Below are positions 55,159 to 64,000 of a stretch of DNA of 64,000 nt, in pieces (positions within the stretch are counted from its first letter, which is position 1; each line of letters starts with the position of its first letter). This stretch comes from Azolla caroliniana (taxonomy: Eukaryota > Plantae > Polypodiophyta), in assembly GCA_043228905.1 (NCBI GenBank), contig JBHGNT010000021.1:3100001-3164000 (forward strand). The letters are read 5' to 3'. The position numbers were made by a program, and so were the translations under genes. The notes beneath the pieces are model-generated. The model was not told the DNA's origin and made no database searches. It saw only the letters and a program-made list of their open reading frames with translations.

Positions 55159-56398
55159 TTAGGTGAAGGAGATGAAGGAGAAGGCAAGCAAAAGAATGGC
55201 AACCAAACTAAATGTGGGCAATTGTAAGGAGGCAGACGAGTTTGGTGTTGAAGATGACGGGGAAATTGTTCCAATAAAAGAAGATGAGTTGGAGGACGGT
55301 ACTGTAGTAGAAGAAGAGGAATCAAAGGAAGTTGATGGAGCAATAGCTGTCACTAACAACTTCATGCCATTCGAACAATGGTTAGGAACCGAGCAAATGT
55401 AGTAGGTTGTCCCAATTTGAGTCAATGTTATGTTTGTTGGACCCATGCTATATGTATTGTCACTACTTGCTAAAGTGCATGATTCATACTCTGATTGGGT
55501 CACTTGTACAACATCATGGGTACTCCCATAATTAAAAACTACAAAAGAAACTGGATGATTAGATAATAGAACAGCTATTCTACAATCAATTTGAAAATGT
55601 ACTATGCATTCATAGAATATTTTCAATGTTTGCATGGCCTTTCAATCATATGTTTATATACATATCTTGAGTGTATGCCATTACAAACATAAATCTTAAC
55701 AAATATTTTTGTTCATGGGATCAATGTCATTATTTTTAAAAGACAACAACGAATGTTGAATAGGGCATACACTACATCGTGCTTTGTAACCTTAGCATTG
55801 TGGTTGAAGTTATGTGTAATGCCTTCTATGTGTTGTGCTCATAAAAAAACCCTCCTTTTGTTTTTACTCAAGGATCGTGCACCAAGTATAAAAATAGTTT
55901 TACAAATTCACTTTCCATAACCCATGGCTGTTTCAAATTTGATAACATTGCTTGACAAATGCTATTATTATTAGAAGGCCACACCAATAACAAGGTTGGA
56001 TCATAAACTACATATTATGTATATGTATAACAGTATATGTATATCTATACTATCCCTATGTTTGGCTATTCAATTTCTTATACTTACTCGTACATGCACA
56101 CACACAATCTACATTGTCATTATCTTGATCTACTTGGAAGTTCATGAGAGTTTAAATGGATGTCAATGATGGTGGAGAGAAAGGGATATGTAGATATAAA
56201 CTCACTGAGATTATCGCCCACATAGAAAGTTTTGGCAGCCACCCAAGTATCGTAATCAACACCCAAATTCCATCCATTAGTAGTGTCTCCCACGATGTGA
56301 TCATTGGCAATAGGCATCTCCATGAGTACAGATATCAACACCATTTGCACCAAGCATATGATAGCAATCCATGATGTGTAGTGTCTCGTTGGTTTCAT
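55159..56398 (-). CDS. Phytocyanin (uclacyanin-like blue copper protein) with signal peptide, Ser/Thr/Pro-rich stalk and GPI-like tail; 2 exons
   Basis: Exon 56398-56206 (signal peptide, HIVGDTTNGW..DYDTW...FYVGDNL) plus exon 55538-55159 (IFNY..HDVVQV....Y.SC...YYICSVPNHCSNGMKL). The His/Cys/His/Met type-1 copper ligands are intact and the C-terminus is hydrophobic. Confidence 0.92.
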
Positions 56399-57660
56399 TG
56401 CAATTCTTGTGAATGGATAAGTTTAATTTAATTCAATAGTTTGCATCCTTCATATGATCAATCTATTATTACTCCTATTACCTTCTTTAGTGCCCAATCC
56501 TTCCTCTCTAGCACCTACTATAGGTTTTGAGGCTTTCAAATTCTCTCTCCCATCTCACCTCCCCTCCACACCCTTTTTATTTGTATCTCGACGCTCAAGT
56601 CCTTTCTACCAACCTTCCCCTAACAAGTTTTAAACAATGTTTTCAACCATCCCCTCTTACAATCCAAATTACTATAATTTAGAATATAGAATTTATCTTA
56701 GCTCCATATCATATTTTTTGTTTATGAATCAAAAAATGAAGAAAAAACAACAAACTCTAGGGATTTGATATCAAAATGACATATATTATTCAAATTGTTT
56801 TTCGCCATTAATAATACGTTTTATCAACAAGCAAAATTTGAAATTTATATACGTCATTTTTGTGAATGGGAGCACCTTTTCTTTGAGCACACTAGCTCAC
56901 TTCTACCAACAAGGTCAGAAGTTGTTAGAATAATGTTAAAGCACTGAAACGGTATCAATAGTAACGTGTTTGTGTAGATTGTTACCTTCTCCCACCCACA
57001 CTTTTTCATGCTTTTCACTTCATTTAGCTTCCCCATGCACATTTAAAAAGCCTTTTGGCTCCACGATAATGGTGTCTTTCCTCATGTGTCTAATATACAT
57101 TTATTCTTCTACTTATGGTCTGACTATTCGAAAAGGAAATACTATCCTCTCCTTGTTAAGGATGCATTTGATATTGTTCACACATTTTTATGTACACCAA
57201 CTTAGATCATTATAAAATTATTCATAGACCACAAATTGTACTCAAACATTCACATCAACATGCTTCATAAGATATGCCAGATATAATGCTTTGGGGATGA
57301 ACATCCTCGTACATTTCTGAAAGAAAAAATAAACATCGTTGCTAAGATAATCCTAAACATGAAAGTCACATGTGAGAACTTGAGATCTATCAATTTGGCA
57401 TGATAATATCAGATTATGGGTGGTAATGAACTGTTTATATAATCTTTTATATTTTTTATGGTCTCGTATTTGTGTGTAAGTGAGCTTACAGGAGTTATCC
57501 CATGGTAGGTTATTGTAAAAGTACTTTTTCAAAGGAAATGGCTAACGTATAAGATACTCTTGTCTTTAAGAAAAATTAACAGGATTTTACATGTGTCATA
57601 CCAAACATCATGCTTTCTTGAAAAGTAAATATTTCTAAATTATGAGTAAAACTCCTAATG

Positions 57661-57987
57661 GTTGTTTCCACTGATGGCTCCCAATATTGTACATGGGTTG
57701 TAATTATGTATGTATAGCTGACACAAACGTGCATTAGTATAGTCATGTTACCTGGATAATGTTGTTAGAAAAGAGTTAGTTGGGTAGAGTCGGGGTAAAA
57801 TAGGGTTTATTTCAATTTTGCTTGAGTTAAGGATCGGTTGAGTTTTTTTGCTGTTTTTGTTTGATAGGTTTGGAGTTGTTTCTCCAAGTTGTATATGTTG
57901 ATCCCATTGTGGATTTGGACAAACTTTGTTGTATTCTATTTGCTAACTAATGTGAAGTAGTGGTTTTTGGAAGAAAAAAAAAAGAGA
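57661..57987 (+). mobile_element. 5'-truncated LINE insertion (327 bp) with A-rich tail and 17-bp TSD
   Basis: GAGTAAAACTCCTAATG at 57644-57660 and 57988-58004. The insert ends in an A-run followed by GAGA, and its 5' end reads (W)LFPLMAPNI. Confidence 0.8.
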
Positions 57988-59820
57988 GAGTAAAACTCCT
58001 AATGATATTGTCACCTTCAAAAACTCATACTTATAATTATTTTCCATTACCTACATTGTATTAGAGTCAAGAAAATATTATTCTAACTAGAGCGCAAGTT
58101 ACAACCTTTATGAAGTTGATTAGAGATTAGCCACATCCGCAAGTTATCGACATTCTGATGATACTTTCAATTGCCTACATCGGAATTATTTGTTGTGTCA
58201 CCCACTGCGTTCCATACATCATGTTCTTCATAAATTATTATCATATCAATATGTTTGAAGTTTTATTTGTATTATTAGTACATATACATTTAGTGCATTG
58301 TTTAATTTTTAGTCATAGTAAAGTATCCAAAGTATTTTTTATGACAAATGTCATAAAAATCTAAGGTTAGTTACTATATTTCCTAAGCTTAGCAGCCTTT
58401 CAACTGAAGTTTCACTATCACACATTGTTGTATAAAAGATGGGCAAAGGAAATAACTACCATGATGAAAGTAAAGTTTGGTGAGAACTTTCGAATAACTT
58501 CATGGACAAGATACCAAAAATTTTAGATCCAAGGTGTTGAGACAAGGTAGAAATGCAAAACAACAATGCACATTGTTTTCTTTGTACGAAGCTTAATTAT
58601 ACTATGACATTAACCTTTTTCGATCAAGCTAAAATTAAATTCTCTTTCAAGGGTTTTATATGACTATTTCTGTGGATTAGCTAGCAAATATCTCTTCTGG
58701 ATGAAATATCGGTTGGGTGGCTGGGCGGGGAGCGGGGTTACTTCACATGTTCATATTCAACACATCAATTTTGTGAAATTAAGGCCATCCAACACATCAA
58801 TTATTTAGTGATGATTAGCTTTTCCATATTCTCAATAGTTTCCCAAGTATGCTATAGCATCATTGAAGGGGAAGCAACAAGATAAAGTTCCCCAAGAGGC
58901 AATAACTTCTTCCTCAAGCAACAAGATCCCATTGTCCATTTGGGATCAACAATTGTGGTATAAACATGTCATTTGTTGTCAAGTTCGTAAGTTCAGCATC
59001 TAAACATAGCAAATTGGGCATTCCATTTGTCAGTGAATTTTTTTTCACAATGTTTAACATTTGTCAGCCTTCATCCCTCCCAGATCTTGTTAAATAAAAT
59101 ACTAAAGATTACACCAAAAGAGGAAGGATCACAATCCTCTGGAACATAAACATCAAACAACTTGGATTCAACAATGACACGTCATCTCTGAAGACAGCTA
59201 AATTCCATCACTTATCAAAACTCTCACTGAAAAGCACTGTAATTCAGGAGTAATGATTTGACAAAAATTTCAATTCTGAAGAGATAATCAATTATGTTTG
59301 AAAGTGCCATTTTAAAATATAGATGACAATGAACACTAATAGTAGAGTATCCTAAACACAACATATTTATCAATCAGCCAGGTGAAGCAAAATCTACCAA
59401 CAAGTCTATCAAGTGGAGAGAAATCTCAGAAAAGAAGTGCATTTACCAAATGGCACCACAAATACTTTTGTTAGAAATCATCATCATCATTCATGGAAAT
59501 AAAAAGAGACCCAAAAAATGCAACCTTGCAGTGACCTTGGTTGAAAAACTTGACAAATGCATTTAAACCATTCCAACTAACTGTGAGAACAATTATACAC
59601 AGGGATAGGATATATACCTATATATATGAGCTTTTTACCTAGCATCTTGATGTTAATCATATATATTCTTCCTCCCTGAAAGAATCCATAGCTGGTGCAG
59701 AGAAAACACCAGCATTCATGGCACAAAAGCTTCCATAATTGTAAATTTGATCAAATTCATAAGCTTTTTATTGTATATTAACTGTTAGTGAGGATTAAAC
59801 TACAATAAATGGCTAAAACC

Positions 59821-62689
59821 TTAAGGTCCAGAAGGCTTGACTGCTGTCGATTCTCTTGCATCTGCTTCATCTTTATTGTCTCTAGAACTTCCAACTCCTT
59901 TCTCTGCCGGTAGCTTCTTCTGCTTATTCTTCTTCAATTTCTTGAAAGACTTTGGTCCTTGATAGCGGTTGCTTGAACGATCTCCCAATTGGGTATTGTT
60001 TGGGGTAGTTTTACCTATCGGTTGATTATTTACCAATGATTGTCGATTCAGCATCTGTGGACGAACCATATGTGATCCTTGCAAGGGATGAAACGGTACA
60101 TGAGATCCACCCAAGTCAGGTTTAACACCATATAGAACACCTTGCTGAGGTGGCATCCCATGTGGCGCGATCTGATGGTGCATTATAGGAACTGGTAGCA
60201 ATCCTCTCTCGCTAGGATTTGAACCAGATACAATATCATTTGGCATCTTTCCTCTATCATTCAATGTCTGTTCAATATTACCCTTCTTAGCTGAATCAGA
60301 TAAAGTGCTTCCAGGATGACCCATCCCACTTGGGAAATGTCCAACTTGCAAACCATGTGGCTGCATCACACTAGATGGCATACTGGGTTGACCATGATTG
60401 AATGAATGATTTCTCATAGAGGTAGATAGCAAGTATGTATTAACTGGCTCTAGACGAATACCACTGTATCCTGGATCATTTTTCAAGTACTTAAATGCCA
60501 ATTGATCCACTTCCTCTATCACATCTTGGGCTAATACCGATGCCGGATCAGCCTGAACAGCATCAGCAACAGACTTATTCAAGTTATTTATAAGAAGGTG
60601 AGGATCAGGAAACATATTGTTCTCATGTAAATAAGGTGCTTGTGGCAAGCGCAATGCATCTGAACCAAGAGCATTGGATCCACGTGCTACATTCCTGTTT
60701 TCCTGAACACCTGTATTACCCCAACCCCGACCTTGTGGAGGTCGGATTTCTGTATGCGAAAATAGTTGTAGGATTTTGACCACCTGTACATAAATATCCG
60801 AATAAAAGACCAAACCTGATCATAGTAAGTTGAACCTAGTCCAATCCAGGCAAAAATCCATGCAGTGGAACCAATTTTGGTACCTGATTAGGAGACAGCT
60901 CACAATCAAACTTGCCCTTCTGACTAAAATTATCTCTAAGTACATCTCTGGTTTTGTCATCTCCTAGGGGTAGACAATCCAAAACGAGTGTAAAGCGCAC
61001 CTGCCACAAAAATAAAAATGGTCACGTGTCATAAAACATTTTATATGGACCCCTCTCTTGCTCCTGAAATTGATGCTGGACAAGGACAGAAAAAAAAATG
61101 TTTCTCATACTATTTACAGGAAAGATCAGAAGACATCTGTATTTCAGCATATCAAATGTCAAATGACAACTGGTGTGTGTATTAGCACCAGCCCTCACAA
61201 AAAATAGGCAACCTTGATTGAAGTAAATACACCTTAGCTGCTATACAGGTTAAGAGCTTGGTCCTCTTGTGCCAAAGTTACTTATATCCAATAATGAACC
61301 TTTTGTAGCGGGGGTAGAAAGAAAGATATCTCTAACGATCCATAACTGTTATAATTGTATTATCATATAATTTAAGCTCTGTGAGCTGACCTATAAATTA
61401 CAAAATATAGTAAGAAAATGAGAAGTTACCCTGGTTGAAGGTACCGAACAAGAGTATCAAAATCTGTCTGATAGAACACAAGGCTAGAGACTGTAGTAAT
61501 GCTAGTGCATTCCATAATGTAACACATCAGTCTCTGCATCATGTTAAGTATCTCTGTCCCATTGAAGGAGACAAAGGGGAAAAGAGGAAGAGAAGAGAGA
61601 CACGGAGAGATTGTGACAATAAATTCTCATACTCTTGAGAAATAGAAACGTGAAAGCCCTTGCTTTTACAAAAGAGAGATTGTCAGGAGACCAGAGGTGA
61701 TCTATGGGATGTGGCAGAAGTCATTGCAAGGATGGAACTTCAGTTCACTCAGTTTGTATGAGTTTGATGCTATGGTGTAAACTGCCAAGACAACAGCTGG
61801 ACAAACTCATTGAAATATACAAAAAATGAGAACTGCTATATAATCAACCAGATTCTTCTGTTTGTAAAACTCGCCTATGAGTCCCAAAGATAATAATCTG
61901 TAGTGAGATGCGATTATGCCTCATTTGCCCAAACATTCCTATTGAGCATGAGTATTTTATCGTTTAACAATGGTTCTGCATGTATAAAATCTTCATCAAT
62001 GCAGACTCAAGTGACATGGGATGTCACATCTACATATAAAGGGGGACTGACAAAAACAATGCTATATTAAAATAGGAAATTAAACAGACCTGGGCAGCAT
62101 ATGCCCCTTTGGAATCTTGAAAAGCCTCAGGAACAAGATTTAATCCACCGCATGAGGCGGCCTCAAACACGCCATATAGCTCCTTTGTCTCAACATTAAA
62201 CAAAAACAATTTTGTTCCGGGAATGACTCGTTCCACGACATCTCTTTGAGCTACTGGAAGGCCCAAAACATGATAATGGAAACAATCCCTCATCGTTGCC
62301 AAATTGCACAGGAAGACCAATCCCGAAGGCCTGGATCCTTCTCTGTTTACACCTTCTTGCCGAATAGTAGCATGGAATCGATACTCATCATCAGTCCTTT
62401 GATGATGATGTTCAACATCAAAGTTTCTCCTTGATTTTGGTGAGCCCAAGTCTCTTCTTCCTGCTCTTTGAGGAGACTCAAAACCCCTTCTGTGTGTCCA
62501 ACTTGGCGACCCGACACGGTTCCTTGATGGTGATTCCCATTTTCCTCTCTTTGATCTTCCAGGAGAGCCTATATCCCTTCGACGGAAATGCTCTATTGGC
62601 GGAGACCCTCTTCCTCCGCCCAGTCGCCTTCTACCAGGAGAACCTCTTTCCCATGCCCGAGATGGTTTGGAGTGCATTCTCGAAGACAT
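59821..62689 (-). CDS. DCD (development and cell death) domain protein with Arg/Ser-Pro-rich N-terminus and low-complexity C-terminus; 3 coding exons
   Basis: Exons 62689-62090, 61000-60884 and 60783-59821 join in frame. DCD signature: GLVFLCNLATMRDCFHYHVLGLP...V..VIPGTKLFLFN...ELYGVFEAASCGGLNLVPEAF.....YAAQ|VRF...CLPL...F..ELSPNQ|VVKILQLF. An in-frame TGA lies two codons upstream of the ATG. Confidence 0.9.
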
Positions 62690-64000
62690 GCTTCAAATGT
62701 TCAAAGTTATATCACTAAATCCTGTAAAGCCAAACATAACATCAGATAAAAATCATGCAGACACGCTGATACTTTCCAGGCAATCTGGTCAAAACTGTAT
62801 TAGATGTCAGTGGTATAGACCACATGACATTAAACTGTGTTGGATAGCCACTACTAATAACTATACACAGTTCAGTGGCCATAGCAAGCTCTCTGGAGAC
62901 ATGGGGAATTTCGGACTATCTTATCTGTTTGAACAGCCCAGATAGAGAAAAGTGGACGAACACCATGGAAAACTAAAGGTCTCCTTGTTGAAAGTACCAT
63001 CTTCATCCAGTGGCAAAACGTGTGCACAACTGAGGACATGATTTTGTTGAATTAATTGAGTTGAATCAGATCCAGAATAAACCTTCCTTACTGGTCTCCC
63101 TTTTAATAAGATCGCAAAAGTGGTATCAGATTACATGACCTTACGATCCATCCATATGAAGTGAGCTATATTTTCCATCATTAAATGATCTCAAGAAAAT
63201 CATATTCATATAAGAACTGGCATTTCCTGTCTTTATAGCATGCCAATCATTAAGCAGAGGATCTTACATAAAGAGGGCCCTCCATGGGAGAACAGTTGAA
63301 GCACACTGAAGAAGAAATTGATCGAATCTATATAATATAAACAGAGGAAACCAGATAAATGTTCACATATAGACTTCTTCATGCTGTGTGAAAGGAATCT
63401 CCTTAAACATTTACCCAGGACCTGCTGAGAATGCAATCTGAGAGCAAAGAATTTATCTTTCTACTAGAGAAAAGAAAAGAAAATTTGAGAAACCAATAGG
63501 AACCACCTATTCTTCAATCCACTGAATCCTTATGATCCACAAATCTACAAAATGAAGAATACATTGAAGCATAATCTTTCGACCACAAGAAATGCTTGGA
63601 ATTCCTTTGCAAGCACTTATCTTTATCCAGTGAATAATGAATGGATCAAGAAATATATCTTCGTATGTAGAGAAAACAAAAAAAAACAATAATTCACATC
63701 TTGACCCTTTAAACACGCAGAAAGCTGCAAAAATCCATAGCAAGGACACCTATTCATTGCATTCACTGAGACTACAATTTTTAATGGAAAGATCAAATAT
63801 GTGCAAGAGAACTCTTCTTCCTCAGTGAAGTAACTCTTTTGAAAAGCTGTAGCACAAATGAAAACACCTTATTAGGGCATCCCCTCTGGTGCACTACCAT
63901 AGCAAATCAGAAACCATATGATAACATCAAAGAACTTCAGATCAAAGAAGAGATCGATGTGCAACAAAATTCTTCTTCTATTTTCTGCAAAAGTATTGGT

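Overview
Eukaryotic, AT-rich, intron-containing land-plant nuclear DNA; no prokaryotic operons or CRISPR arrays. Nine protein-coding genes can be reconstructed by splicing at GT-AG sites: an EHD3-like PHD-finger protein (possibly 5'-truncated), an ANKZF1/Vms1 homologue, an ANKRD13-like ankyrin protein, a mitochondrial NAD-isocitrate dehydrogenase catalytic subunit, a 14-exon DUF707 gene that the ORF track almost entirely misses, a probably GPI-anchored A1 aspartic protease, a PLS-DYW PPR protein, a phytocyanin and a DCD-domain protein. The PPR protein has the KPAxA (DYW:KP) signature associated with reverse U-to-C organellar RNA editing. This points to a fern, hornwort or lycophyte, and the gene density suggests a compact genome (both inferences). 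Its C-terminus is NFG rather than DYW, and its PPR code gives a testable target motif. Other notable items are a mitochondrial-type tRNA-Phe(GAA) lying antisense in an intron of the ANKZF1 gene, two related hAT-type MITEs (one with a perfect 8-bp TSD, one just upstream of the PPR gene), a 5'-truncated LINE insertion with a 17-bp TSD, several LINE relics and many intronic tandem repeats. Exon coordinates were read by eye and need RNA-seq confirmation.
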